From the human T2T-CHM13v2.0 reference genome, Homo sapiens: DNA of 64,000 nucleotides. A program made the translations under genes and the position numbers. A model generated the notes under the pieces. It did no database searches and had not been told where the DNA came from. It worked only from the letters and a program-made list of their open reading frames with translations. Numbering within the stretch: the stretch's first letter is position 1; every line of letters starts with the position of its first letter. Below, in pieces: positions 38,228 through 56,282 of this stretch. The DNA is taken from assembly GCF_009914755.1 (NCBI RefSeq), contig NC_060947.1; one strand, written 5' to 3'.

Positions 38228-38596
38228 GTAGAAAATATAAGATAAGAAGATAGCCAGGGATAAAGCATGAACTATCTCAAATGTCAGTCATGCACTTTGT
38301 TTACTCAGAGACAAGACCATGATTGATTACAATTATACACGTCATGTCAACCCTCTTCTAACTGTTAACAGATATAGCTGGAACAGCTAGTACCCAATGG
38401 AATACTAATTAACATTCTGACTGTAGGGTTTCACTGGCATTCACTACAGGTGTTGAGTGTGGAGTGCTCAAACCTCAAACTTACAGCTTCATGAAAGAAA
38501 AATCAACGTTAGAATGAAACACAAAGCCCCTCAACAACTACATCAATTATTTTATTCCTGAATAACTTACAGCAGAATGGCAATCTTCAATTAGTA

Positions 38597-38780
38597 GAAA
38601 CGGTTCTCAACCATAGAAACAACTTAGATTTACCTGGGGAGTTTACAAAAAGCATACCACGTGGGAGATCTATCCCAGACCAATTAAATCAGAATTTATG
38701 GGGATCGATGGATCCTGGACATCTGAATTTTGGAAAGCTTGACAGATAACTTTAATGCGCATTCAAAATTGAGAGCTTCT
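38597..38780. mobile_element. MER5-type hAT MITE
   Basis: ggttctcaacc..acctggggag..cccagaccaattaaatcagaat..ttgagagct. Confidence 0.7.
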
Positions 38781-38883
38781 ATGTCAAGAAAAATAATCCA
38801 TGAAAGTAAGTTCCTATCTACTCATCTGCCCTTAATTATACTACACTGTTCTCATGCAGCATGATACAAGTCAAAATTATTAA

Positions 38884-39172
<289 letters not shown>

Positions 39173-39207
39173 AAAATTTGTATTTTTAAATATTTAAAAA
39201 TATATGT

Positions 39208-39495
39208 GGTAAGGCGCAGTGGCTCATGCCTGTAATCCCATCGCTCTGGGAGGCCGAGGTGGGTGGATCACTTGAACTGAGGAGTTCAAGACCAGCTTGA
39301 AAATATGGTGAAACCCTGTCTCTACAAACACTACAAACATTAGCCGGGCCTGGCGGTGCGTGCCTGTGGGCCCAGCTACTCAGGAAGGTAAGGCGAGAGG
39401 ACTGCTGGGGAGGATCACTTGAGCTCAGGAAGCTGAGGCTGCAGTGCACAGAGATGGAGCCACTGCACTCCAGTCCAGTCTGGGCAACAAAGTGA

Positions 39496-39496
<1 letters not shown>
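39208..39496 (+). mobile_element. AluJ-like, tail converted to microsatellite
   Basis: gaggatcacttgagctcagg..gaggctgcagtg. Confidence 0.9.

Positions 39497-39500
<4 letters not shown>

Positions 39501-39566
<66 letters not shown>
39501..39566. repeat. (TA)27(CA)6 microsatellite
   Basis: uninterrupted TA at 39501-39554, then CA. Confidence 0.97.
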
Positions 39567-40059
39567 GATTTGGCCACTTTAATTCCTCTGCAATGGAAGT
39601 CTGAGCAGCATGCTTGAGGGTCAATATCAGGACCTGCAGGCAGCCAGCCTGTGCTAGAAATGTTCAGAGTGGGTTTTTTCACATACACTTTCATCTTCTG
39701 AGTGTACTGCCTGAGGCTATTGTTCTCTTCATATCTTGCAGATCTTTCTGGGGAAAAGGCCGCATGCATCAGCAGTTTTTTTGCTAAGGGTCTTGTAATT
39801 AATTGGATGACCTTTCAGTCAAAGAATTTCTAAGGACAAGATTTCTCCTATTTTGGCTCAGGAAACTGCAGGCATCAGTTGCACAACAATATTTAACATT
39901 AGCACAGCTAATAAGTCATATCCGTTGCATTAAACAAAATGTACAGAACTTAATATTTTTAGTTACACCCAAACACTAGATAGGGTTTGCAATTAATCAT
40001 TTTTACATTCTATATTCTGTTTGACACTGATTGTACAACTTCAAGAAGAGGGTCACACA

Positions 40060-41270
40060 ATGATTTATTCAGTAAATATGTATAGAGCTTGTGTGTATCA
40101 AAAACTGTGCTAAGTGCTGAAATTAGAAAACATACCATGTACCTGCCCTCAACATGTTGTCATTCTATTAAATGGTGTAATAACACAACACTGAGTCATA
40201 AAAGTTTCGAAAGAGAAGTTCACACAAAAAAAGAGCTAGGCAAATGCGTCTGACATTATATATCACTTATAGCTGGTATCAGTTAAAGCCAGGTCTTCAA
40301 GGCCCATGAATGCCAGGATAGAAAACTTAGAACAAACTGTCTACACAAAGGGGAGTTTGTTTTATTTGGTTTTGTTTTTCATAGGAAAATAAGATCAGAG
40401 TTTCAGGAAGGGTATAAGACTAACTGCAATATATAGGATGGATTGAAGATCAACAAGAGAAGACAGAAGGTGAGTTATGAGTTTTATTAAATGGTTAAAC
40501 TAATAGATGATGGTGGCCTGGGCAAGGAAAGCGGAAGCAAGGACTGGAAGAAAGAGACAGATGCGAGAATCATTGCAAAGATAAAGTAAAAAAGTCTTGG
40601 CATGAGTTTTCAAGTTGGGGCTAGTAAAAAATATTGTGGGATTCTTGGCATTCATCTATCCATCAAATTATTCAACGAGTCTTTATTAAAAAAACTACTA
40701 TGCAACAAGCACTGTGCTGGGTTCTGGAGGTACAGCAATGAATATGGGATTCATAGTCCCTGAACTTCATAAAGCTTTATGTACAGGGAGAGACAGATAA
40801 TAAATAAAAGACACAAGCAGTTGTAAATGCTGTGAAGGAAATTTTGGGATGCTGCAAGAGAGTAACAGACAGCAGTGATGGTTAGTGTAATGGACAGAAC
40901 TACTGTATATTGATATTGGGTACTAAGTGAAGCTTTCTCCAAGGAAGTCTTATTTGATATATCAGAAAGAGCAAGCATTGAAAAAGAGGGAAAAAAAAAA
41001 CAGCTGCCAAGGCTCAAAAATAGGACAATTTTGGCATAGTTCTGTGTTTGAAGAACAGAGAGTTGCCAATGTGCAGAATAATGCCGAGAATTTGAGTAAG
41101 AGGAAAATGATAAAGTAACCAGTGGTTTTAATAGTGCAGATGGTAATGCTGACCTCGATAAAAGCAGTTCCAGTGGAATGAGAACAAAACCAAATTGAAC
41201 TGAACTGAAAAGTAAGTGGGAAGAAATGAGGGAAGTGGCTACAGTGTGTTTAGTGGAGAAAACAAATGAG
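40060..41270 (-). mobile_element. L2 fragments
   Basis: atttattcagtaaatat..ctgtgctaagtgctg; gacctcgataaaagcagttccagtggaatg. Confidence 0.6.
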
Positions 41271-43674
41271 GGGGTAGGTGGCAGGGGGATACACAACGGG
41301 GAGAATTCTAGTTTGTAAAAGTGATATAAGAATTTAGATCACAATCGCACATGTATACTGAGCTGGCAGAGAGGGAGAGATTAACGTACATGAGAAAATA
41401 AAATTGAGAGCAGTGGATTGTGGTTTCTAGCACCAACAGTTCACTCTCACCTTGCCTTTGAGTTGGATAAATGGCTGAAAGCTGATTCTTTTTCAAGGTT
41501 GGTTTCTATTTGGGAGAGAAGGGAGTACGGAACAAAATGAAAATTGTAAACTGCATAGAAAAATAAGGATACTGAGTACCGTAGAGGAAGAAAAGAGCTC
41601 AGGAACAACAAGATCCTGGTCCTCAAACCGAATGCTGCCTACTTTCTAATCTAGCTTCACATCACCCCTACTCCAGTTCCCAAAAGAACAATGATTGTTT
41701 CATTTAATCTAACCAAGAGCACTTTATACATCCCACCATATACATCTGTCATCTCAAAGAAGAAAGAGTATTTTAGGACTAAAAATAAAAAGAATGTAAT
41801 ATTAAGATTAAAATCAAATAACAAATCTAGCTTCATTGAAAACCTGTCTATACTGTTTTCTTATTTTTCTTTTAATTCTGCCATGGATTAGTGAAAATAT
41901 TATCCCAGTCTTGTGTCTGTCTAGAAATCAGTATTGGGAAATCGCTAGACTGATTGCCTTATGAAATCGCTTCCAATTCAAATTCTATGATTCAGTTAAT
42001 AATTACAAAACATATCATATTTGAAGTAAAATAATTTCCTTTTTATCTTCCATTCAATGATCTTATAAATAACTCTTCGCCAAGTCACCTTTGCAGTTCT
42101 CTCAGCTATAGGGATCTAAAGCAACATTTTGACACCCTCATCAGTTTCAAGGGCCTATTCTCCCAACTTTTCAGAGAGCCAAGAGCATTTACCATAAACA
42201 TATCTCTCAGCACAAAAGATAATAGCTGGTTCAACTGTTCTCTGTCAGCCTGAATGTTGGTGAAGACCTCAGTAATCACACTCCACTCTGCACAAATCCA
42301 AAATCACAAATGCAGATTAATTTATGAGAACAGAAGGAAGGAATTGAAAGAAAAAAAAGGCTGTCTTGCTGGAAGAAAGAAAAACACAAAAGAAGTCCCA
42401 CTGGCTAGCTCATTTGGATATTTTTATTTCTAAAGTGTTCAAGCATCCTGATATTTTTTCAGCACTCTTAAAGAGACAATTAAATATTATATCAAATAGG
42501 ATATTTAAAAAGATGACTTAAGTTATAACAAGCGGACTCTAAATACCAGAATGACCACTGGCTTACTAAGACCTCTGATCTGCAGGCCTGTGCCTGATGA
42601 TGCCTTTCTAATTGCAACGGCATGGGCCTGGAGCAAAGTTTATTTTACTGCAAGGTCTACTTTATTGAATTTACTGCCTGTCCTAATTCTATGTATTTCC
42701 GATTAGCTGGCCTTCAAAGCTGATGTTAGTAGAAGGAAACTGTTTTCTGACATGCTAACATTTTAAAGCTAATAGGTTTTTAATAAGCAATTGAGTTTGC
42801 AGCATTCTGCTCCTGTTATGTTTTATTGGTTTTTGTGCTTTAATTTGGTATGTGTGTTTTGGCATAACTCCAATGGCAGGTGCAATTTTAAAAATGGAAT
42901 CAATTAGATTCACTGTGATGTCTGATAAAAGCATTCCAAGCTTAGCTTTTCAAACAAAATGCTAGGCTTGCCTCTTTCCAGAGTCCTGCAAAGAAAATGT
43001 ATTGATTCCATAGGGCTTTCTCTACTGTAGCTTTTTGAAATTTCGTTCTCACTCTTCAAATGTCCAAATCCACAATCCCTTAAACAGCTTTTATTGAGAA
43101 CCACAACCTCATCTCCTCCTTTTTCGAAGCGATTAAGTCCATCTAGCAGGAGAGCCCGAGTACAGTTTATTTTCCTCTTTAAAATCTCTCTCTAGTGCTT
43201 TCTACAGTACTGCCAATTAATAGGGGCTTAAGAAATCTTTGTTAAATGATAGGTTGAATGAATTTGTCGTCTCTTCTCTTTTCTCTGACTTGCGGTAAGA
43301 GAAATTTCTTTTTTTCTAAGACTAAACCTTGTCAATGATGTAGAATTTATCTGATTCTTTCCACTCATGCCTTCTTCAAGACTTTGATTCATATGATGTA
43401 TTTCTTCTTAGTTTGTCTTTGGTCTTCATTTCTTCATTGGCCACTTAGTGGCTTCCTATTAACACAGACAAATGTCTTAGTTTTGTTAAACGGCCTAAAG
43501 GGAATGGTGACTGGGACAAGGTATCTGCGTTGGAATACTAGGTTGGGTAGCAATATTCTGTTGCTTTATATCTGCGTGGCGGAAATAAAACCATACACTT
43601 TTGTCGTGTGCTTTCCATATCTGAGTTTTATCTTAAAATAAAAAGGTAAAAATAAAAACAACAAAAAAGAAACA

Positions 43675-44118
43675 CGTTGAGGACAAGAGGTTGATTAAGG
43701 CTGAACCAAATTAAAATAGAGACGAGACCGGAAGAATCTCTTAGAAGAAAAACACAGTTAGGCCTCAGAAGTGACTTCAACCTTGTTTGATTTGCAAACA
43801 TAAGCAAAACTTAACTTGAGCTATTTCTCAATGTTTATATCACAGAGAAACAGAATGTAAACTCAACCAATCAGAAGCAGTTAACAAACTTATAGAATTA
43901 GGACTTTCCAATGGGATAGATCAAATGAGGCAACTGTATAACTGTAACCAATCAAACACCATCTGCTTTACTTCCGTGTCTGTTTTATAAAATTCTCCCC
44001 ATTGTTTTCCCTTGATGGAGCTCCCGAATGGCTTCTAGTTTGGAGCTGTACAATTCAGGGAATATTTTTTGCTCAAACTCTTTAAAAATGGTATTGTGCC
44101 TCAGTTTACCTTTTAACA
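43675..44118 (+). mobile_element. ERV1-class (MER57/MER93-like) solo LTR
   Basis: several ccaatc boxes, aggcaactgtataactgtaaccaatc, ends ttttaaca; subfamily uncertain. Confidence 0.6.
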
Positions 44119-44199
44119 TTAGGAATATTACTCATTGACTTGACAAGGTGAACAATTTCTAAAGACTAGATAGCAACTCCTTTTGTAAGTCAAGCAATT

Positions 44200-44500
44200 T
44201 CCAATGCTTAGTTTTCAACAAAATTGAATGACTTGCAATTGTCATGTACATAGTTTTTGGTATGTAATTCATGAAGAATTCAAAGAATTGAGTGAAATTG
44301 CTGTAAAAAAAAAAATCCTTCTTCCATTCCTATATACATATGCATGGAAACAAAGTCTATTTTTGACAAAGAAAAAAATCAAAATAGAATTAATAATGGA
44401 CCCTCTCTTATTCTAGCAATTAGTAATAGTTATCTATGTCTACAAGAATGAATGGGAGTAAATGAGAGGGGAACAGGAACAATATGGGCCATCTCATTAA
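44200..44500 (+). mobile_element. hAT-Charlie transposase 3' relic
   Basis: ORF 44228-44416 FW..EEFKELSEIAVKK.LLPFLYTY resembles the hAT dimerisation-domain motif (FW..EYP.L..IA...LLPF.TTYLCE). Confidence 0.6.
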
Positions 44501-44509
44501 GAAATGTAG

Positions 44510-44807
<298 letters not shown>

Positions 44808-45119
44808 AAGAAATGTATTTTCAATAAATATTAACATTGTATGTTTAGCAATTATTTTCCAAAAAAAACCTAACATACTCTTTTCAATCAATTTTATGTT
44901 GCTGTTAATTGAAACCTGCAAGTATGAAAATTATCAAAACAATAAGGGTGGTTATTTTTCTGTATTGTTGCATTACATGTGGTTTTTTTACTTTCTTCTT
45001 TGTACTTTTTGTATTTTTAAATCTTACAATAGGCACATATTTTTCACTGAATAAAGCAATAACCTATTAAAGGTATTAAAAAATACTTTCCCTTGAAAAC
45101 ACCTCCCTAAAGCTATTTA

Positions 45120-45640
45120 TCTCCTTTCTTTTTTGCTTATCTCCTTTTCATCATTATTCAGTCATCTAATTTTCTCCAAGAATCCTGCCCCTACTACTCC
45201 ACGGAAAATATACTCTTCAAGGTCAACCTTATCATTACAAAATCTTCAGTCTTTACTTCCCTTGACAGCTCTCCCAACATTCAGTATAGTCAACTTGTTT
45301 GAGCCTTGCGAAATGTGTCCCTTGGCTATTCATTCCCTTTTTTTTTTCCCTTTCTGCTCGCATGTTCTCTCTCTCTTTGGCTTTATTATGTCATCTGCTA
45401 GTTGCGAAATGTAAACCCCAGCCTAAATATTTAGGACACTACTAGCTATGTGTCTCCAGGCCATTATATCATGGTTGAATGACTTTCCAGTCTGCATTCA
45501 CCATTCAGAGTGTTCTTTGACCTTGAGCCATAGTTCTGTAACTGCCATTTTCACTAGGATATCTTGACACCACCTTAAACCCAACATGTCTAAAACCACA
45601 TCTGTTGCTCCAAGTCAGGTTTCCCTGTAGACCATACTTG
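45120..45640 (+). mobile_element. L2 fragment
   Basis: actcttcaaggtcaacc; caccttaaacccaacatgtctaaaacc. Confidence 0.5.
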
Positions 45641-46353
45641 TTCTGCCACAGAACTAGGTCATAACTTCATTGCTTTTGCAAAAGCCTTTGGCCAAAAACA
45701 AGAAAAAGTCACAAAGTGATCTTTAGCTACAGTAAAAAGATGAAAACAGAACACACAGAAAGTCTGAATACAAGAATATTTATTTTTAGAGCTGATTTCA
45801 TAAAAGAAAGCAGACCAATATATCATTATGTCAGTTTAAGCATAGCCATAAAAGTAAATTTGGCTTCAAATTTGGAGTCAGTCAGTCTCTGGAGAGAAAT
45901 GTGTTCATTACCAATGTTAGCAGCACTTTATCCTCCAAGTCATTTGGATTAAAAACCATGGGGAGGTACAATTCTCTGTTTTTTAACCCTCCTATTCAGC
46001 CGTTTGCCTACTCTTGTCAAGTATTTTGGAATGTCTTTTGTGGTTCATTACATTTGCACTCCCACAAAATACCTAATTCAGGTCATGTTCACCTTACGTT
46101 AAGATGTTACAACACTCAAACTCTTTTAACTGACAGACTTCACCTCCATTGTCTTCCATGTTCTGTTCCTGTTTGTATAAATTCAACCTGCTTTAAAAAT
46201 TATATCTGGTACTTGATGACTATAAGATAGAGACTGTAAACCTGAGTATTCAAGGCGTATAAAATCTGATCGGAAACCACCCTCCAATCTAAACCTCAAC
46301 TATATTCCTTCACAAACTATGTCTAATCAGCTTTTGATAAATGCTATGTATGA

Positions 46354-46864
46354 TGTGGGATATGATGAAGTTTCTCTTCAAATAACCTGATCAATCTTTT
46401 ATTCTTTAATTCATAGTACCCTCCTCCCTTCTTTTTTCTTTTTTCTCCTTATTTCCTTTTTGCCTTTATTAGATGCCCAGGCACGCCACAGTACCAGGCG
46501 TTATCAGTACCAGCTCACATTCCTTTCCTTATTTGGAAAGAGGACTAACTTTCTAGCTCATTACAGCCACCCCTTCCCCTTTCCTCTCTGCTTTCTTTTA
46601 CCTGCCCACCTTGTCTAAAAAAAAATCAAATGTTTAGCCAACCGGGATTAGTTTAGATTGTACGACCCGACCCCAGCCAATGGGGAAAGGGTACAGGGGC
46701 AGGACTTGCATCAGGAATAAAGGCTCTGGTGCCCCTTTGTTCAGGTGTGTTCTCATGGCGACTGGCCAAGGAGGCACCTCACTGCACAGAAGTAAAATGG
46801 CTTTGCTAAGAATCCTTTGTTCGACTGTTCGATTTCCTTAGAATTTTGAGTGTTATTCCCAACA
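46354..46864 (+). mobile_element. LTR10-family (HERV-I group) solo LTR
   Basis: tgtgggatatgatgaagtttctcttcaaataacctgatcaatc ... ggaataaagg ... gtgttattcccaaca. Confidence 0.8.
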
Positions 46865-46959
46865 GTTCGAAATAAAAATGGTGGACACACAGTAAAACAA
46901 AAAAAATGCATATTGGAAGCAGAGGTGAGGTGCAATCTAGTGAAAGTAGCAAATAAGTA

Positions 46960-48190
<1,231 letters not shown>

Positions 48191-48931
48191 AATTAATGTG
48201 CAAGGCAAAAATGGGACCCAACTTCATGAGTTCCGACTCTAAGACCAATATTCTTTGTACTATACTATATTAATGGTATTTTATTTTAAATTCACTAGAA
48301 AAATCACAGCTCAGGTTATAATTGAGTAAGATATTTTCTTCAAATTAAAAAATATATATCCAAGTGGAGTATGAGCAACCATACCTATGGAAATACATTG
48401 AAGAAGCTTACAACAGGAAGCCATTTGCAGCCTGTATGCCGATCAGCATACATTTCCTCCTGTAAATATTGCAAAACGTCCATATGCTCATGTTGCAAAA
48501 GCCCTCTTGGAGCCTTGTAATCAGGCCAGTGGACCATATTGTTAGGCACAATCTAACCTCTTTCATTCTTGGCCCCAAACAAAGGACAGCAGGCTGATAG
48601 AGCTAGAAGAGCTAATTAGCACCCCATTCATCTTGCCTTATGCTTAGAATGCCTAAAGGAAGCTTCCTGTTTCTGGCTGATGATAAAACAGAATCAGTCT
48701 CTTTTGCTTTCTGATTTGAGTCATTTATCAATCATCATTCCGCAGACACACTGAGAAGCAAAGAATGTATACACATATACATGCTTATGTTTAAAATGTT
48801 TTATAGGGGGGTATATATGTCTTTTAGCAGGTGTGTATGTGTGTGCTTGGCACCATAATAGAATGAAAAGAAAAGTGGGAGGGGTTGAGGGAAGTGGAGT
48901 CTGGAAACTGAGTACAGCTATTCCTGAAGAG

Positions 48932-49127
48932 ACAGAATGGTGTAAAGTTAAAAGCATCGACTCTGGAGTCAAACTTCTTGGCCTGAATCCTGGCTCTGAC
49001 ACTTACTAGCCACAGGGCCCTGGCCAAGTTACTTACCTTTTCTGGACCTCAGTCACCAATTTGTAACATACAAATAATAGTAGTACTTAAAATAAAAGGT
49101 TGTTGAAAGAATTAAATGAGTTGATGT
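48932..49127 (+). mobile_element. MIR
   Basis: gactctggagtcaaac..gaatcctggctctgacacttactag..caagttactta..ctcagt core. Confidence 0.85.
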
Positions 49128-49415
49128 TTGGAACTCTAGTATTTACCAGCTGGTGATCCTGGGAACATCATTTAAACTCTTAAGGTTCCATTTCCTTATC
49201 AGTAAAACTTACCTCCAAAGTGTCCTCTACTTTTGCAATTTTTTTCCTATCACAAGATTTTACATTTTCTGGTATTTTGGCAACAGATTCATGGTTAAAT
49301 AAATACTGTATTAGTTACAAAATTTCCTCAAAATTCTGTTACCTATACCAATGTCCTCATCAGCGGCCAGACACATTTATGACCATTAATGTCTGATTCA
49401 AGAATGACATATGTT

Positions 49416-49735
<320 letters not shown>

Positions 49736-50044
49736 TTAACCTGAAAAGCAGATGTGTCTTCCTAAGAATATATCTACATTAATATCCAATTTGGTTTGCA
49801 GTTCTTGAGGCCTTATCAATGGAATCCCAAAAGGCGTAGGACTAATGAAGCTCAGTCTATGTAGTGGAGTGCATAGAAGATGCCTCATCTACAAAGCTCA
49901 GAGGAATTATAGAATTGTCACTATCAACAGGCAGCTCTTTGTCTCCCTGTCATGTGTCTCCCTATACTTACTTCATAATAAGGGTAGTCCTATGTCTTGC
50001 TCACTCTGCATTCTCATGCCCAGAACAGAGTCTCTGACACTAAA

Positions 50045-50353
50045 TGGAAACCATCATTCTCAGCAAACTATCGCAAGGACAAAAAACCAAACACCGCATG
50101 TTCTCACTCATAGGTGGGAATTGAACAATGAGAACACTTGGACACAGGAAGGGGAACATCACACACCGGGGCCTGTTGTGGGGTGGGGGGAGGGGGGAGG
50201 GATAGCATTAGGAGATATACCTAATGTAAATGACGAGTTAATGGGTGCAGCACACCAACAGGGCACATGTATACATATGTAACAAAGCTGCACGTTGTGC
50301 ACATGTACCCTAGAACTTAAAGTATAATAAAAAATATATATAGATTAAAAAAA
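50045..50353 (+). mobile_element. L1PA4/5-like 3' end (5'-truncated)
   Basis: ctcataggtgggaattgaacaatgag..G-rich tract..taatgtaaatgacgagttaatggg..ctagaacttaaagtataataaa. Confidence 0.93.
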
Positions 50354-50681
50354 TTGTGTGAAAAGTGAATGAGGAAATGAATGAAGAAAAGGCTCACTTG
50401 ACTATTTGTCTCATCTTTCATCTACCTTGCAGCCAATTCTCATTATCCAAAACCTTTTAAGTAATGCTATAATAAACATTTATTCTGACAACATAGAAGA
50501 AGAATAATGGATATGCTTGAGTAATCAATTCCTGAGCAATATTCAGAAGGCTCACAAGAAATATCTGATTATTTACAATGCCTAAAGTACCATCTTTGCC
50601 TACGGCATAAAATGTTGCTTCTTATAACAATTTTGGTGCCCCCCCCATCACTCACTTCATACACAATACACGGGGGCAAGT

Positions 50682-50682
<1 letters not shown>

Positions 50683-50712
<30 letters not shown>
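50683..50712. repeat. (CA)15 microsatellite
   Basis: read directly from the sequence. Confidence 0.95.
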
Positions 50713-50714
<2 letters not shown>

Positions 50715-51944
50715 TAATTTCTTCAGTAAAGACTTCACTTCCGTAGTGATAAAAGACACATTGCTAAAATGGTAAGGAAGAAAGCAAAACAACAAAATCC
50801 TGTTTCATACTTAAGGTTCTGGGCTTTTGTGTTCCATATGGTAACTGAGCTTGCAACATAGCAAATACAGATTCCAAAAGATCTTTTTATCCCTCTATTT
50901 TGTGATTTGTGCAGCCAAGCATGTTAGAAAGAATAAGTAACCAGAACAAAGAGCTGACAGGCAAACAGAGAGCAATCTTCCATCAGTGAAGAGAACACTT
51001 TCCTCAGGCTCCAAGATTATTATTATTTTTTTCTTTTTTAAACCTATACTGCTGGGCAGAACAAACATAAGAACACAGAACCCAATCACAACAGGTGAAA
51101 TCATGATGAAATAAGACCCTGAATCTTGCTTAGAAAGAAGATGGTCAACATACTATAAACAAGGGTGGGAGGTAAATCCACAAGAATAATTTGCATATGA
51201 AAAGTCTGGAAATTATTTTTTAATAGACTTTTGTGGCTTAACTTCACTTAACCATAATCTCATAAACACCCAGGAGTCATTAACTTTGCAAATTGTTTGG
51301 AGGACTCTGAGGAGTTAATCCCGGAAGATAGCATGATGTACCAAAAAATCATTTACTAGAATTTTTTATTATTACAAAGAAGCAAAAAGAAATAAAATAG
51401 AAAACAGTTTCCATGAAGTATAGAGGATGCTAGACTAGGAGTCAAAAAACCTGGAGTCCATCTCCACCTAAAGTAAAAGAATTCTCCTTCTCTGTGCTTT
51501 CTGTTTCCCATGAATAAATAAGGGGTGATGAAAGGAGATGTGAGTTTAATCAGTTCCATCCAAGCTCAACCATTACTATTTTGAAAGTCTTTCCTATTTA
51601 CAGAACTTTAGCTTTAGTTTACAAAAAGCTCCCTCATTGAATCCTTACCACAACAGTGTTAAGATAAGAGTTCTTATCTCCATTTACAAATAAGGAAGCA
51701 AAAACTTAGAGTGATTAACACATTTCCCCAAAATCCTCCTTCTAGAATGTTGTAAATCCAGTTCTCATATCAAATACAATGCTCTTCAAGGATCCTATAC
51801 TGACTCCCTGATACAATTTATCCGAATATACATAGTATCTCTCAAAACTTAAACTAGTATGTGACCTACACGGAATGGGGCTTTAAAACAGTAATGGATT
51901 TCATCGGACTGGAAATGACTCATTCTAATAAAATATAAGGGTCG

Positions 51945-52265
51945 GGAAGATGTTGATCAAAGGATACAAAATTTCAGCTAGATAGGAAGGATTAGTTTAA
52001 GAGATCTATTTTGCAGACAGCATGGTGGCTGTGGTTAATAAAAACATTATATTCTTGCACGTTGCTAAGAAAATAGATTTTAAATGTTCTTACCACAAAA
52101 AAGATAAATATGTGAAGCAATGTATATGTGAATTAGCTAGATTTAGCCATCCTACAATATATACATGTTTCAAAACAATATGATGTACACAATAAATATA
52201 TACAATTTTTACTCATCAATTAAAATAAATAAATGTTTAAAAATGAAATAAAATAAAAATAAAAA
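51945..52265 (+). mobile_element. L1MA-type 3'UTR end
   Basis: tgatcaaaggatacaaaatttcagctagatagg..ttgctaagaaaatagattttaaatgttct..A-rich tail. Confidence 0.85.
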
Positions 52266-52304
52266 GCAGTTGGACTATATACCACAATGTTTTCATATTA
52301 TTAT

Positions 52305-52898
52305 TTGAAAGCCCTCTAGCTAAAGACTATCAGGAACACACTATAGTTGAACAAATCGGGTTTATTACTCATTACAGTAGGAGAGAATATACATCATAGA
52401 GAACTATTTTTATCAATTATGGGGGCATCTCAGTAGGAAGATAATAAAAGGATTTGTTATAGTGTTTGGATTTGTATTAGGTGATTTGCGGGAGATTTTG
52501 AGGAAGCAGAATTTTTCTCTGGGTTGAATACTCTCGGGAAGTCGGGGTAATATGATGATCAGGTATCTTAATACACCTTATCTATTGTGAGGGCAGTCTA
52601 AAGCAAGGGTAGACTTGTAATTGGTAAAAGAAAAAAACCCAGCAACTTATATTATTCAGAATAGTGAGATAACTGGTCATTCTTGTGACTTGCACAATGT
52701 CCATGTTCTGTCTGTGTTCAGACATGATTGCAGAGCGGTCTTGTTTTCGCCTTCATCCGTCATGGTCACACAGCGGCCTCATTTAATGCTGATGTTCCTG
52801 ATAGAGTAATACCAAGGCCTAGCTGTGAGTGCCAAGCCAGCTCCTAGCAACAACTGGGCATAGCTTGTGAATGTCAGAAGCTGTTTTTCTCTTTCTCA
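52305..52898 (-). mobile_element. MER67-like ERV1 LTR
   Basis: ccaaggcctagctgtgagtgccaagccagctcc..tgtcag..ctttctca terminus; subfamily uncertain. Confidence 0.55.
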
Positions 52899-53059
52899 AA
52901 ACCAGTTAAACATTTAGTTCAGTGATTTGTCCTGCAGCTGGTGGATGAGATGGAATTTTCAAAAGCGGAAAAAAATAGAACAAGGTATGTTCTTTCTCAA
53001 AAGACATGTTTTCCAGCACTATTTCTATACGGCAAATTATTTCTTATACAAAGTTAAAA

Positions 53060-54598
<1,539 letters not shown>

Positions 54599-54810
54599 TA
54601 ACTTGTAATGGAGTTATCTTCCTGGCAGAAACAACTAAAAACACTGGACTATATACATATATATATATATAAATGTTTTTTAAGCGTTAGAAATTAGGTA
54701 GTGTGAGAAAATAATTCCTTACAGAGGGAAAACAAAGTGAACCCTTACGATTGTCCTGGCTTACTGTCTGAAAGGAGACTTCAGGCTACATCATAGAAAG
54801 GGAGAACTCA

Positions 54811-55290
<480 letters not shown>

Positions 55291-55795
55291 TCAGCTTTAG
55301 TTGAGCATGAATCAGTGCATGAATGTGAGGAAACTAACTGAAGCTGGAGAAGCAACTATCTGTAAACAGCAGAAAAAAACAATTCTTAGAGCTCAAACAT
55401 TTCTTGTTCCCACAAGTCAGAGTGAAAAGCCTTGTATTTCACATGATATTAGGTAGGTTCGTCAGAGGGTATCGCCACAGTAGTGGAAGAAAAATAGTCC
55501 TAGATTAATAGCTAGTCTGGTTCTGTCTAATGAAGTTTACAAACAAGCCTTGAAAGAATCAATGTTTTTTTTTTCCAAGTAAATTTAAAGCATCTCAGAT
55601 TTAAGTGTGAAAATAATATTAGGAGAAGAAAAACACCACCAAAAAGGTAAAATCCACATTGTCTGACATCAAATAAAAAGTTACCAATCACGCATGAAGG
55701 AAAGAAAATAAGAGCAGAAAAGCCATTCAATAGAAAGAGACCAGAAAATGGCACCTATAGAATGAGTAGACAAGAACATTAAAACGGCTACAGAC

Positions 55796-56256
<461 letters not shown>

Positions 56257-56282
56257 TTAGACACTGAGAAGAAAATACCAAC

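Noticed and set aside
40751-41296. 181-aa hydrophobic ORF
   Set aside because: Lies in a degenerate L2 region, has low-complexity composition and no recognisable domain
51189-51196. Perfect octamer ATTTGCAT
   Set aside because: A single 8-mer is expected by chance in 64 kb of AT-rich DNA
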